Assembly (NCBI GenBank): GCA_963674745.2
Contig: CAXXDV010000003.1
Span: 2,464,001 to 2,528,000, forward strand
From: Desulfosudaceae bacterium
GTDB taxonomy: Bacteria; Desulfobacterota; Desulfobacteria; Desulfobacterales; Desulfosudaceae
Direction: 5' to 3'
DNA length: 64,000 nucleotides
Positions 9,810 to 20,139 of this stretch are shown one piece after another; positions within the stretch are counted from its first letter, which is position 1; each line of letters opens with the position of its first letter. The position numbers and the translations under genes are program-made. A model generated the notes under the pieces. It was not told the origin of the DNA. It worked only from the letters and a program-made list of their open reading frames with translations, and searched no databases.

Positions 9810-11192
9810 TTAATCCGTCATGGCCTGCTGTATCAGGTCAAATCTGGCGCTGATATTGTTGTTTATCCATGATGCATCCCACCATTCAATGGGGTTGACG
9901 AAGGTTTCGTTGATGAGCATGCCGAAATGAAGATGGTCGCCACCGGCCAGCCCCGTCATGCCGGAACGACCGATAATGTCCCCTTTTTCCACGACCTGCC
10001 CGTCGGTTACGGCGATATGGCTGAGGTGGGAGTAAAGACTGAACAGCCCCAGCCCATGGTCAATAATAACCGTCCGGCCGTATATGCCGATGCTCCCGGT
10101 AAAGGCGATACGTCCTGCATTGGCGGCCGGTACCGGGGAGTTGGCTGTTGAGGCCAGGTCTACGCCCATATGCACCGCGTGATCAATGACCTTGCCCTTA
10201 TAAACATAACTGCGGCGGTCGGCAAACCCCGCTCTGGGGGCGGCATTGGGGAACCTCATGAATGTCCCCTGCCAGTACTTCCGGTTGTCCGACCGTCGGC
10301 ACAATGATCGAATCGTCTCGTTATTACTGGCGCGCATCTTGCTGTTGATCATCTTGAATTTATCAATCCCCTGCGCGCCCGCCTGGGAAACGTCAAATTC
10401 GGGCATTTTGGCGTTTAAAAATGAATCCGGTATGGTGATGCGGTCCTTGGCAAAGGATTTGGCCTTGATTAAATAATAAAACCCGGCCCGGGCAGTATTG
10501 CCCGCCTGATCGGTAACACTGACCAGCAGACGGGTATCGGCCGGCTGATCATAAGCCACCGCGAAAAACGCCAGGCAGATATTTTTGTCGGCAAACTGGC
10601 CGGCATAACCGGGGAAAAAATGATCACCGACCATGACGCCATGCACCATGTCCGGTTCAAATATCCGGTAAATAACCAGCCCCGCTCCGCCCTGGTTGAT
10701 ATAATGCTGACGGCTCAACACCTCAACTTCGGGTTTTTCGGTATCGATGACCACTTCTCTTTCAAGGTAGGTCCGGTTTCCTTTCAGAAACCCCGTCCAG
10801 GAGTAATCCTGAGCCAGTACCCGCAAGAGGACTTTTCCGTCCGGGACCCCCATCTTCTTCGGCTCCAGGCGGATATCAAACTGCCTGCTTCTAACCGCCT
10901 GCGCCCCGGCCCCGGCACCTGTAAAATCAGCCAGGACATGATCTTTCCCATCGGCCAGCAGGGTTACCGAGACGTTTTTCAGGCCACTTTTCTGATCGGC
11001 GACCCTGACGGAGAATTCCGACAAAACACCCATGGCCGGCGTAAGCCCGTCAAAAACGATTGTCGGGGCCTCTTTCTCCAGCCGGGGAAAACTCCAGACA
11101 GCAACAATGACGACAATCATCAGAATTAAGATCAGCAATATCCTTCCGGTTTTCTTTTTCACTCGTCCTGCCGTCACACGTACCCCCTTCAT
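9810..11192 (-). CDS. M23 family metallopeptidase with N-terminal membrane anchor
   Basis: HMGVD, YSHLS, HLHF zinc motifs; exact start uncertain. Confidence 0.88.
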   Translation of the reverse strand: MKGVRVTAGRVKKKTGRILLILILMIVVIVAVWSFPRLEKEAPTIVFDGLTPAMGVLSEFSVRVADQKSGLKNVSVTLLADGKDHVLADFTGAGAGAQAVRSRQFDIRLEPKKMGVPDGKVLLRVLAQDYSWTGFLKGNRTYLEREVVIDTEKPEVEVLSRQHYINQGGAGLVIYRIFEPDMVHGVMVGDHFFPGYAGQFADKNICLAFFAVAYDQPADTRLLVSVTDQAGNTARAGFYYLIKAKSFAKDRITIPDSFLNAKMPEFDVSQAGAQGIDKFKMINSKMRASNNETIRSLCRRSDNRKYWQGTFMRFPNAAPRAGFADRRSYVYKGKVIDHAVHMGVDLASTANSPVPAANAGRIAFTGSIGIYGRTVIIDHGLGLFSLYSHLSHIAVTDGQVVEKGDIIGRSGMTGLAGGDHLHFGMLINETFVNPIEWWDASWINNNISARFDLIQQAMTD

Positions 11193-11300
11193 CGTTAATT
11201 TTGGTCACTTTACCAAGCAAAATCTTCATATTCAAGGTTAAAATGTCCGACCCGGCTATCCTGATCCGGATATTTCAGTCGATGATTCAGGCCCGGAGGC

Positions 11301-11330
11301 TGAAATATCCGGGCGAACCCGGTTATTTCA
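11301..11330. repeat. Palindromic REP/MITE-end sequence
   Basis: TGAAATATCCGGG-CGAA-CCCGGTTATTTCA; same motif family as 25390-25693, 40768-40797 and 54509-54534. Confidence 0.55.
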
Positions 11331-11443
11331 CGAAAAGAGGTTTGCTTGACATTACCCGCCAGCCACGCTAGTAATAGTTCACGGCCAATATCGACTTTAA
11401 GGACATAAACACATAACGACTGAATCACCTGACCGGAATCTTC

Positions 11444-12265
11444 ATGACGGAAAAAATTTCAATAGGCGATATCTGTATCGGTAACAGCGCCCCGCTGATG
11501 CTCATTGCCGGGCCCTGCGTCATCGAGAATTACGATGCTGCTTTTCAGATCGCAGACTATTTAAAAACCGAAACCGATCGTTTAAACATTCCTTTTGTCT
11601 TCAAGGCCTCCTGCGACAAAGCCAATCGGACGTCAATCCATTCCTATCGTGGTCCGGGTATGGACAGCGGGCTGACCATCTTGAGAAAAATTAAAGAGGC
11701 ACTTGAGGTCCCCGTTATTTCCGATGTTCATCTCCCGGAACAGATTGATGCCGCCGCAGATGTACTTGATATCATCCAAATCCCGGCCTTCCTCTGCCGT
11801 CAAACGGATTTTATTGTTAAATCAGCCGCTTCTGGTCGGGCATTAAACATCAAAAAGGGCCAGTTTCTGGCGCCCTGGGACGTAAAAAACATTGTTGAAA
11901 AAGCAGCCTCGGCCGGCAACAGCCGAATCCTGATTACCGAACGGGGTTCCGTCTTCGGATATAACAACCTGGTGGTCGACTTCCGGGGAATTGCCATTAT
12001 GCAGAAAGAAACCGGGAAACCGGTGATCTTCGATGCCACCCACAGCGTCCAGCTGCCAGGCGGTGGCGGCAACCGTTCCGCAGGGCAACGCGACTTCGCG
12101 CCGATTCTGGCCCGGGCGGCTGTTGCCGCCGGAGCGGACGGTATTTTTATGGAAGTCCACCCGAACCCGGACAAAGCGCTGTGCGACGGACCGAACTCGC
12201 TCTACCTTGATTCCGTGCCAGACATTTTGAAAACCCTTTTGGCCATTCGGGCCGCCATACAGTAG
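11444..12265 (+). CDS. kdsA: KDO8P synthase
   Basis: AGPCVIE, KANRTS, QIPAFLCRQTD, DATHSVQ. Confidence 0.96.
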   Translation: MTEKISIGDICIGNSAPLMLIAGPCVIENYDAAFQIADYLKTETDRLNIPFVFKASCDKANRTSIHSYRGPGMDSGLTILRKIKEALEVPVISDVHLPEQIDAAADVLDIIQIPAFLCRQTDFIVKSAASGRALNIKKGQFLAPWDVKNIVEKAASAGNSRILITERGSVFGYNNLVVDFRGIAIMQKETGKPVIFDATHSVQLPGGGGNRSAGQRDFAPILARAAVAAGADGIFMEVHPNPDKALCDGPNSLYLDSVPDILKTLLAIRAAIQ

Positions 12266-12273
12266 ATATCCTT

Positions 12274-12801
12274 ATGACATCAAACCACCAGCCCCTCTTG
12301 ACCGACATCAGGCTCCTGCTGCTTGATGTTGATGGCGTCCTCACGGACGGCCGCATCACTTACACCGGAACGGATCAGGAGGCCAAGTCTTTTTGCGTTA
12401 AAGACGGCCTGGGCATTAAAATGCTGATCAACTCCGGTATCCAGGTCGCGATTGTAACCGGGAGGTCTTCCGAGGCGCTTCTAAGGCGTTGCCGGGAACT
12501 GGGCATTGACCTCGTCTATGACGGCGTCAGGGACAAGGGTGTCCTGCTGGATCAGATTTTGGCTGAAACAGGGGTTGCGTCGCCGCGGGAGGTGGCCTTT
12601 ATGGGCGACGATCTGCCGGATATTCCACTACTGAAAAAGATCGGCCTACCGATAGCGGTGGCCGACGCCCATCCGGAAGTGAAAAATGCGGCTGAATTAA
12701 TTACATCTGCCGAAGGCGGTCGTGGTGCCGTCAGAGAAGTCTGCGAAAAGATGCTTCACGCTCAGGATCTCTGGCGCCGGGCAACAGCTGCTTTTCTGTG
12801 A
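12274..12801 (+). CDS. kdsC: KDO8P phosphatase
   Basis: DVDGVLTDG HAD motif, GDDLPD, GGRGAVRE. Confidence 0.94.
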   Translation: MTSNHQPLLTDIRLLLLDVDGVLTDGRITYTGTDQEAKSFCVKDGLGIKMLINSGIQVAIVTGRSSEALLRRCRELGIDLVYDGVRDKGVLLDQILAETGVASPREVAFMGDDLPDIPLLKKIGLPIAVADAHPEVKNAAELITSAEGGRGAVREVCEKMLHAQDLWRRATAAFL

Positions 12802-12814
12802 GGTTTTTTCGTTG

Positions 12815-13378
12815 ATGACGCCTCGTAAACGCCTCCTTATTCCGGTCCTGCTGACGCTGTCAGCACTGAGTTTTTTTGCCTTTCTGGGCGGAAACGATCA
12901 CCATCAACAGGCCGATCCTGAAGTCGAAGCCGTTCGAACCGCCCCTGACATATCCCTTGAAGACATTAAAGAGACCTATATCGAAAAGGGCGAAAAAAAA
13001 TGGGTGCTGAAAGCGACTTCCGCCTGTTTATCCCGCAGCAGCGACCAGACCCGGGTCAGTGATATTGACATCTCCTTCTTCACTGCCGACGGCCGTTCTT
13101 TCCGGGTTACCGCCGATCGCGGACTGCTGTCGATGAACACGCGCAATGCGGAAGTTTCCGGAAATGTCATTATCCATCATCCGGTCTATAAAATGTATAC
13201 AGAGTCATTGCGTTATCGTGCCGAAAACCATATAATAATAAGTAATGAACCGGTCAGGATAGAAAGCGACTGGCTCCGGCTTGAGGGCGACCGCTTGCGG
13301 TTTGATCTAAATACAATGAAGGCCGAGCTGACCGGAAAGGTGGACGGTTTAATTAACGAAAAACTCACCCGGCATTGA
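12815..13378 (+). CDS. lptC: LPS export protein LptC
   Basis: N-terminal TM + beta-jellyroll-like sequence; position kdsC-lptC-lptA-lptB. Confidence 0.82.
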   Translation: MTPRKRLLIPVLLTLSALSFFAFLGGNDHHQQADPEVEAVRTAPDISLEDIKETYIEKGEKKWVLKATSACLSRSSDQTRVSDIDISFFTADGRSFRVTADRGLLSMNTRNAEVSGNVIIHHPVYKMYTESLRYRAENHIIISNEPVRIESDWLRLEGDRLRFDLNTMKAELTGKVDGLINEKLTRH

Positions 13379-13386
13379 TCCTGTTT

Positions 13387-13962
13387 ATGACGAATTCCAG
13401 AACGAATCTCACTTTCTCCTGGCGATCCACGGTCCGCACCCTGCTGTGGCTCCTGATAACGGCAGCGTTTTTTCCTATCATTCCGGTGACGGCGGCCGAA
13501 TTGGCAACTGCCGTAAATGATGTCGGCACGATTCACATCAGCGCCGATACGCTGACCGTTCCCGGAGGAGAGCAAAAGCAGGCGGTTTTCAGCGGCAATG
13601 TCCGCGCTGTGGGTGATCGGTTTGAAATTACCGCCGACCAGTTGAAAATCTTTTATCAACCGGCGTCAGATACAGCCGGTGATGCGCTTAACACCGGAAA
13701 CGCTTTAGAGAGAATTATCGCCACCGGCAATGTCGTGATTACTGCCGGAGAAAAAATTGCAAAGACACAAGAGGCTGTGTATGATAAAGAGCATCAGACA
13801 ATAACTTTAACCGGTGAACACTCGGTGGTTCAACAGAACAACAGCTATATTTCCGGTGCAAAAATTATTATGCACACGGATAGTGAAGCTGTCAGGGTGG
13901 AAAGCGACAGCGGCAAAAGGGTGAAAGCGTTTATCGAAGCGAGGGAAGTCAAAAACCAATAA
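13387..13962 (+). CDS. lptA: LPS transport periplasmic protein LptA
   Basis: Signal peptide, ISAD...FSGNV, ATGNV OstA-like motifs; synteny. Confidence 0.85.
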   Translation: MTNSRTNLTFSWRSTVRTLLWLLITAAFFPIIPVTAAELATAVNDVGTIHISADTLTVPGGEQKQAVFSGNVRAVGDRFEITADQLKIFYQPASDTAGDALNTGNALERIIATGNVVITAGEKIAKTQEAVYDKEHQTITLTGEHSVVQQNNSYISGAKIIMHTDSEAVRVESDSGKRVKAFIEAREVKNQ

Positions 13963-13981
13963 CTGCCCGGATATATCTGAA

Positions 13982-14704
13982 ATGACAGTATTTTCCTTGC
14001 ACGATCTACATAAAAATTATAACGGCAGGGCCGTGGTTGACGCGGTCAGCCTGGAACTGGCCAGCCATGAAGTCGTCGGCCTGCTGGGGCCCAACGGTGC
14101 CGGGAAAACCACGACTTTTTACATTTCCATCGGTATGATTCACGCGGACAGCGGCCGAATTCTGATCGATGAAAATGATATTACAGACATGCCCATGCAT
14201 TTACGGGCGCGCAAGGGGATCGGTTATCTGCCGCAGGAGGCCTCGGTATTTAAAAAGCTTTCGGTAGAGCAGAACATAAAAATCGTTCTTGAGTGCCTGA
14301 ACCACTCAAAAGCGGAACAAAACCGGCGAACCGATATGATTCTGGAAGAGATGGGTATCCATCATCTGGCCCGCCAACGGGCGAGCCAGCTCTCCGGAGG
14401 TGAAAGAAGACGGCTGGAAATCTCCAGGGTACTGGCCATCGATCCCGCTTTTATCCTGCTGGATGAGCCTTTTGCCGGTATCGATCCCCTGGCCATCGCC
14501 GACATTCAGAATATTATCTGTCACCTGACTGAACGAAAAATCGGTGTCATGATTTCCGACCACAATGTCAGAGAAACACTTGGCGTATGTGACCGGGCTT
14601 ATATTTTAAATAATGGAAAGGTCATTGAATCCGGAACACCGGAAGAAATCGCCGCCAGCGAAACAGCGCGGCGGATTTATCTGGGTTATGAATTCAAACT
14701 GTAA
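13982..14704 (+). CDS. lptB: LPS export ABC ATPase
   Basis: GPNGAGKTT, YLPQEAS, LSGGERRR, DEPFAGIDP. Confidence 0.95.
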   Translation: MTVFSLHDLHKNYNGRAVVDAVSLELASHEVVGLLGPNGAGKTTTFYISIGMIHADSGRILIDENDITDMPMHLRARKGIGYLPQEASVFKKLSVEQNIKIVLECLNHSKAEQNRRTDMILEEMGIHHLARQRASQLSGGERRRLEISRVLAIDPAFILLDEPFAGIDPLAIADIQNIICHLTERKIGVMISDHNVRETLGVCDRAYILNNGKVIESGTPEEIAASETARRIYLGYEFKL

Positions 14705-14715
14705 ATTTATAGAAG

Positions 14716-16146
14716 ATGGTACTTGATTTAAGACAACGACTGAAGTTAACCCAGCAGCTGGTGATGACACCACAGTTGCAGATGGCTATCCGTCTTTTGC
14801 AATTGAACCGGCTGGAACTGGTTGACGCCATTCAACAGGAACTGGCTGAAAATCCGGCCCTGGAAGAGGTGGTCGAGACCGATGCTGAAGAGAATGCCCA
14901 GGCCACAGCAGAGACCACCGTGGAATCCAACCCCGAAAAAGAGGTCTCAATAGAAGAAAAGATATCGGACCAGGTGGAATGGGAAAATTATTTAAATGAA
15001 TACAACTCGTACGGCGGGGTCCATTTCGAGTCCGAAGAAAAAGAACGTCTCCAGTTTGAATCCTTTACCGCCTCCCCCAAAACACTGAAAGACCATCTCC
15101 TGTGGCAGTTCCTGATGACATTGCCCGAGGAGGGAGAAGAACGCATCGCCAGCCTTATCATCGGCAATATTAATGATGATGGTTATCTCGAGTCGGATAT
15201 TGACGAAATCGCACGTGCCGCCTTGACGACTTCTGAGCGCGTCAGCGAAGTACTGTCGGTGATCAAAACATTCGACCCGCCCGGTGTCGGTGCGGAAACC
15301 CTGGCCGAATGTCTCCTGACCCAGTTAATTCATCTGGGCATAAACGACCCCGTCATCCGAAAAATTATCACGCATCACATCAAAGACCTGGAAAACAAAA
15401 ATTACAAAGCCATCACCAGGGCACTGAAGATCAGAATGGAAGACCTGCTTACCGCCATCAACATCATTAAGCGACTTGAACCGAAACCGGGTCGGCAGTT
15501 CAAGCAGGAGGAGCCCAGATATATCATTCCGGACATCTATGTCTATAAGTTTGAAGATGAGTTTATCATTATGCTCAATGATGATGATCTGCCCAGGCTG
15601 AATATCAACCCCTATTATCGTAAGGCCGTCCGCCGGAACTCGGGAACGCCCCGGGAAACAAAAGAGTATCTGCGGGAAAGAATACGGTCCGCTTCATGGC
15701 TGATCAAAAGTATCCAGCAACGTCGAAAGACAATCTATAACGTCATGCAAAGCATTTTAAAATTCCAGTTCGATTTTTTTGAACACGGCATCACCCATTT
15801 AAAGCCCATGATTCTTCGCGACGTTGCCGAGGATATCGGCATGCATGAATCAACCATCAGCCGGGTAACCACCAACAAATACGCTCATACCCCCCAGGGC
15901 GTGTTTGAATTAAAGTATTTCTTCAACAGTTCGATCAACCGGGTTGACGGGGAATCCATGGCATCCGCCAGTGTCCAGGATGCCATCAGGCAGATCATAA
16001 AAACCGAAAACCAGAAAAAGCCTTACAGCGATGATAAAATCGCCAAAATGCTGAAGGAGGCCAATATCGACATTGCACGACGAACAGTAACCAAGTACCG
16101 GGAGGCTCTGGGTATTCTACCGTCAACCAAACGCAAACAATATTAG
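14716..16146 (+). CDS. rpoN: RNA polymerase sigma-54
   Basis: Q/L-rich region I, HESTISR, ARRTVTKYR RpoN box. Confidence 0.97.
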   Translation: MVLDLRQRLKLTQQLVMTPQLQMAIRLLQLNRLELVDAIQQELAENPALEEVVETDAEENAQATAETTVESNPEKEVSIEEKISDQVEWENYLNEYNSYGGVHFESEEKERLQFESFTASPKTLKDHLLWQFLMTLPEEGEERIASLIIGNINDDGYLESDIDEIARAALTTSERVSEVLSVIKTFDPPGVGAETLAECLLTQLIHLGINDPVIRKIITHHIKDLENKNYKAITRALKIRMEDLLTAINIIKRLEPKPGRQFKQEEPRYIIPDIYVYKFEDEFIIMLNDDDLPRLNINPYYRKAVRRNSGTPRETKEYLRERIRSASWLIKSIQQRRKTIYNVMQSILKFQFDFFEHGITHLKPMILRDVAEDIGMHESTISRVTTNKYAHTPQGVFELKYFFNSSINRVDGESMASASVQDAIRQIIKTENQKKPYSDDKIAKMLKEANIDIARRTVTKYREALGILPSTKRKQY

Positions 16147-16155
16147 GAGGTTTCT

Positions 16156-16482
16156 ATGCAGGTATCTGTAACATTCAAAAATATCGATTCCTCAGATCAT
16201 CTGAAAGCCTTTGTCCAGGAAAAACTGACAAAATTTGACAAATTCTTTGACGGCCCGGCGGAAGCCAACATCATTCTCTCTGTGGAAAAGTTCAGAAACA
16301 TCGTGGAGGTCACCCTTTCCGGTGACCGACTGGTCATAAACGGCAAGGAAGAAACCGAAGACATGTATTCCGCCATCGACCTGGTTGTGGATAAACTTGA
16401 AAAACAGATCAAGAAGAATAAACAGAAAATAAAAAACCATCACCGGGCCAGTTCCAGGCGGAGCCCCAAAAGCGCGGAATAA
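16156..16482 (+). CDS. hpf: Ribosome hibernation promoting factor (short form)
   Basis: S30AE domain with DMYSAID; follows rpoN. Confidence 0.9.
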   Translation: MQVSVTFKNIDSSDHLKAFVQEKLTKFDKFFDGPAEANIILSVEKFRNIVEVTLSGDRLVINGKEETEDMYSAIDLVVDKLEKQIKKNKQKIKNHHRASSRRSPKSAE

Positions 16483-16491
16483 GAACGCAAC

Positions 16492-16660
16492 GGATAATGT
16501 GATTAGGTGGTTAGGTGGTTAAGTGATTATGTATCAAACACGGTATGTTCTGATGTGATTAACCATGACCAGCCTGCAGGGCAAGGTTTATATCTTTCAC
16601 GAAAAAAATACATAATAAAGCTTAAACACATAACCACTTAAACACTTAATCACATAATCA
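16492..16660. repeat. Inverted arrays of 8-bp tandem repeats
   Basis: TGATTAGG TGGTTAGG TGGTTAAG TGATTATG (16500-16531) and complementary CTTAAACA CATAACCA CTTAAACA CTTAATCA CATAATCA (16621-16660). Confidence 0.8.
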
Positions 16661-16827
16661 CCTTTTCTTCCTTCGATGACGGATGCTTCCGGGATCCAAT
16701 CGCCGCTTAAAGCATCCGGGCAACCCGATTTTTTATCCCCCATTTGACATCCTCCGATAAGTAACGTATCTTCTTGCCCCATGAATCTTTTATTACACGT
16801 GCGACACTGATATTTAAGGCGAAAAAA

Positions 16828-17286
16828 ATGAAACTACTTGATGTATTAAGAAAAGAAGCCATAATTTTAGGCCTCGAAGCCACAGATAAAAAAAGCGTGC
16901 TCGAAGAACTGACCATACCGGCCGCCGCTATTTCAAAAGTCGAGCACAGCCAGCTGGTACGGATGCTGATGGAGAGAGAGCGGCTCGGGACAACCGGCAT
17001 CGGCGGCGGCATCGCCATACCTCACGGCAAACTGAAAAGCCTGCCTTCAGAGATACTGTGCATGGGTATCAGCCAGAAAGGGGTTTCATTTGAAGCCATG
17101 GACGGAAAACCCGTCCATATCTTTTTTCTGCTGTTCACACCCGAAGGTGCCACTGAGCTCCACCTGATGCTGCTTTCACGCATATCGAAACTGTTGAAAA
17201 ATGGTATTTTCAAACAGCGGCTCCTGGACGCCCCCAATGCCGATACCATCCTGGATATTATTGAAGAATTTGATGAAGACGGTTAA
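16828..17286 (+). CDS. ptsN: PTS IIA-Ntr
   Basis: RERLGTTGIGGGIAIPH; start set at ATG 16828. Confidence 0.9.
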   Translation: MKLLDVLRKEAIILGLEATDKKSVLEELTIPAAAISKVEHSQLVRMLMERERLGTTGIGGGIAIPHGKLKSLPSEILCMGISQKGVSFEAMDGKPVHIFFLLFTPEGATELHLMLLSRISKLLKNGIFKQRLLDAPNADTILDIIEEFDEDG

Positions 17287-17349
17287 TCCGGTGATGTAAC
17301 AGCCGCTTTTTTGAACCCGAAAAAACAAAAAAACTACACTGAGCAGCAG

Positions 17350-18216
17350 ATGCAACACCTTGACATAAAAATCATCAGCGGCCTCTCTGGTTCGGGGAAA
17401 AGCACGGTGCTTGACGCGTTTGAAGACGCAGGTTTTTATTGTGTAGACAACATGCCGGTTACCCTCCTGCCGAAATTCCTTGAAATGCCTGTGGAAACAA
17501 CCGGCGGCGTATCCGGCCTGGCATTCGTCATGGATTTGCGGGAAAAGGATTTTCTTTCCGCCTGTCCGACGGTGTTTGAAGGGCTCAAGCAAAAACACTA
17601 TCAACTTGAAATCCTTTTTCTGGAAGCCGATGAAAAGGTCATCATCCAGCGTTACAGCCAGACCCGGCGGCACCATCCTTTGGCCAGGGATAAAGGCCTG
17701 GTAGACGCTATCAGAGAAGAACGCGTGCAACTGGACGGGCTCAGGCAGTCTGCCGACCGCATCATTGACACTTCCAGGCTGACGATTCACGATCTTAAAT
17801 CCTACATTTTCAAGACACTGCAAAAAAGCGAGTCCCGCCTGTCCATGCGGATACAGGTGCTCTCCTTTGGCTTTAAATACGGCGTACCCCACGATGCCGA
17901 TATGATCATGGACGTCAGATTCCTGCCCAACCCGTACTTTGACCCTGAATTGAAAAATCTTGACGGAAAATCACAAAAAGTCGATAATTATGTTTTAAAT
18001 AACAATACCGGTAAAGCGTTTATTACCCGTTTCCTGGAGATGGTCGACTTTTTATTGCCATTATACCGGGAGGAGCCAAAAGCATATTTAACCATCGCAA
18101 TCGGTTGTACCGGCGGCCTGCACAGAAGCGTCGCCGTCGCTGAAGCGGTTTATAAACATTTACATCAACAGGGGCAACCGGTCGAAATAACACACAGAAA
18201 TATTCGGCTGAGATAA
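17350..18216 (+). CDS. rapZ: RNase adapter RapZ (YvcJ/YhbJ)
   Basis: GLSGSGKS, SFGFKYG, DVRFLPNP, GCTGGLHRSV. Confidence 0.94.
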   Translation: MQHLDIKIISGLSGSGKSTVLDAFEDAGFYCVDNMPVTLLPKFLEMPVETTGGVSGLAFVMDLREKDFLSACPTVFEGLKQKHYQLEILFLEADEKVIIQRYSQTRRHHPLARDKGLVDAIREERVQLDGLRQSADRIIDTSRLTIHDLKSYIFKTLQKSESRLSMRIQVLSFGFKYGVPHDADMIMDVRFLPNPYFDPELKNLDGKSQKVDNYVLNNNTGKAFITRFLEMVDFLLPLYREEPKAYLTIAIGCTGGLHRSVAVAEAVYKHLHQQGQPVEITHRNIRLR

Positions 18217-18247
18217 TTTTAAAGATTCAATTTTCTGGGCAAACCAT

Positions 18248-18661
18248 ATGACAGGCATTCTAATCGTCACCCACCAGCGTCTCGGAGAAGCACTGATCGA
18301 AGCGGCCGAATTTGTACTGGGGTTTACCCCGGAAGGTGTCACCGCCGTTTCCATTGATCTGAACGAACCGGCTGAAACACTCAGGAAAAAGATAGAAAAC
18401 GGAATCAAAACCGTCAAGGGCCAAAACGGTGTCCTGATCCTGACCGATATGTTCGGCGGATCACCTTCCAACCTGAGCTATTCTTTTTTGGAAGAAGGCC
18501 GGGTGGAAGTCCTGTCCGGTGTTAATCTGCCCATCCTGCTAAAAGCCATCAGGGCCAGGCAGGATATCGTATTAAGCGAGTTAATCAAAGAAGTGGAAGT
18601 TTTCGGCAAAAAAAGCATATCCATAGCCAGCAGTATCTTAAAAGGGAATAAGCGTGCCTGA
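18248..18661 (+). CDS. PTS mannose/fructose-type EIIA
   Basis: ILIVTH, TDMFGGSPSN, SGVNLP. Confidence 0.9.
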   Translation: MTGILIVTHQRLGEALIEAAEFVLGFTPEGVTAVSIDLNEPAETLRKKIENGIKTVKGQNGVLILTDMFGGSPSNLSYSFLEEGRVEVLSGVNLPILLKAIRARQDIVLSELIKEVEVFGKKSISIASSILKGNKRA

Positions 18662-19127
18662 TGACCTGCGACCTCGCACAGCCGAAATTTCCAGGGCAAA
18701 CATCAGCACCGTTGCCTGTCTCGAACAACGCTGTTTTCAAACCCCATGGAGCCCGGCCGCCTGTGCCGCTGAAATAACCCACGGAAACGGCGGCGGGTTT
18801 GTCGCCACCTGCGACAACGGGGAAACGATTACCGGTTATATCTTTTACCGGATGATATTAGATGAAATGCATATCATGAAAATTGCCACGGCCCCCCGCT
18901 GGAGAAAGCATCATATCGCGACTGAATTGCTGCAAAAGACCATCACCCTGGCCCGGGAAAAAGGGTTGCGACGTTTATGTCTTGAAGTGCGGGCATCTAA
19001 CCTGCCCGCTATAAATTTATACCGGAAATTCGAGTTTACCCTTTCAGGGAAAAGGCCCCGGTATTATGATAATCATGAGGACGCGGTACTAATGACCAAA
19101 AACATTTTGGAGGATTTTCTGTCATGA
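18654..19127 (+). CDS. rimI: Ribosomal protein S18 alanine N-acetyltransferase
   Basis: F..PWS, LEVRASN..AI.LY, RPRYY...EDA. Confidence 0.88.
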   Translation: MPDDLRPRTAEISRANISTVACLEQRCFQTPWSPAACAAEITHGNGGGFVATCDNGETITGYIFYRMILDEMHIMKIATAPRWRKHHIATELLQKTITLAREKGLRRLCLEVRASNLPAINLYRKFEFTLSGKRPRYYDNHEDAVLMTKNILEDFLS

Positions 19128-20128
19128 CAACATCAATAGGCATTAATGGATTCGGCCGAATCGGCAGAATGGTTTTCAGGGCGGCTTTAGACAACCCGGA
19201 AGTAAACGTCGTTGCCATCAATGATCTGACCGACCCTGAAACCATTGCTTACCTGACCCTTCATGATTCGGTGCACGGTAATCTTGACGCCGATATCAAG
19301 GCCGGTGACAACGCGATTATCGTCAACGGCACGACTATCCCGGTGACGGCCATAAAAGACCCGGCCCAGCTGCACTGGAAAGAGTACGGCGTGGATATTG
19401 TCGCAGAATGTACCGGCCTTTTCAGGGACCGGGACACAGCGGCCAAACATCTTGAAGCCGGTGCCCGCAAAGTCATTATTTCCGCTCCGGCAAAAGGCCC
19501 TGACGCGACCATTGTCATGGGTGTAAATGATAATACCTACAATCCCAGAGAGCACCATATCGTCTCCAACGCATCCTGTACGACCAACTGCCTGGCCCCG
19601 GTGGCCAAGGTACTGCACGAACGGTTCGGCATCAAAGCAGGGTTGATGACCACAATCCACTCCTATACCGGTGATCAGCGACTGCTGGATTTTCCCCACA
19701 AGGACCTTCGCCGGGCCCGGGCCGCGGCCCTGTCCATGATACCGACCACAACCGGTGCCGCCAAAGCGGTGGCCCTGGTGCTTCCGGAACTGGCCGGAAA
19801 ACTGAACGGTCTGGCCATCCGGGTGCCGACGCCCAATGTTTCCATCGTGGATTTTGTGGCCACCCTGGACAAGACCGGCCTGACACCGCCCGACATCAAC
19901 CAGGCGTTAAAAGAAGCCTCGGAAAACGAGTTGGCCGGTTTCCTGGGTTACAGTGAAGCGCCGCTGGTATCCGTGGATTTAAACGGATGCCCCCTGTCTT
20001 CCATTGTCGATTCCCTGACAACGGATGTAGTTGATAACATGGTCAAAGTGTTGTCATGGTATGACAATGAAACCGGGTATTCCCATCGCATGGTGGATTT
20101 GGCCATCATGATGGGCAACCAGTTTTAA
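19124..20128 (+). CDS. gap: Glyceraldehyde-3-phosphate dehydrogenase type I
   Basis: GINGFGRIG, SNASCTTNC, WYDNE. Confidence 0.97.
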   Translation: MTTSIGINGFGRIGRMVFRAALDNPEVNVVAINDLTDPETIAYLTLHDSVHGNLDADIKAGDNAIIVNGTTIPVTAIKDPAQLHWKEYGVDIVAECTGLFRDRDTAAKHLEAGARKVIISAPAKGPDATIVMGVNDNTYNPREHHIVSNASCTTNCLAPVAKVLHERFGIKAGLMTTIHSYTGDQRLLDFPHKDLRRARAAALSMIPTTTGAAKAVALVLPELAGKLNGLAIRVPTPNVSIVDFVATLDKTGLTPPDINQALKEASENELAGFLGYSEAPLVSVDLNGCPLSSIVDSLTTDVVDNMVKVLSWYDNETGYSHRMVDLAIMMGNQF

Positions 20129-20139
20129 AGGAGAGAATA

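Noticed and set aside
16492..16660. Possible CRISPR array
   Set aside because: Units are contiguous 8-mers without spacers; no cas genes. No CRISPR array seen in the window.
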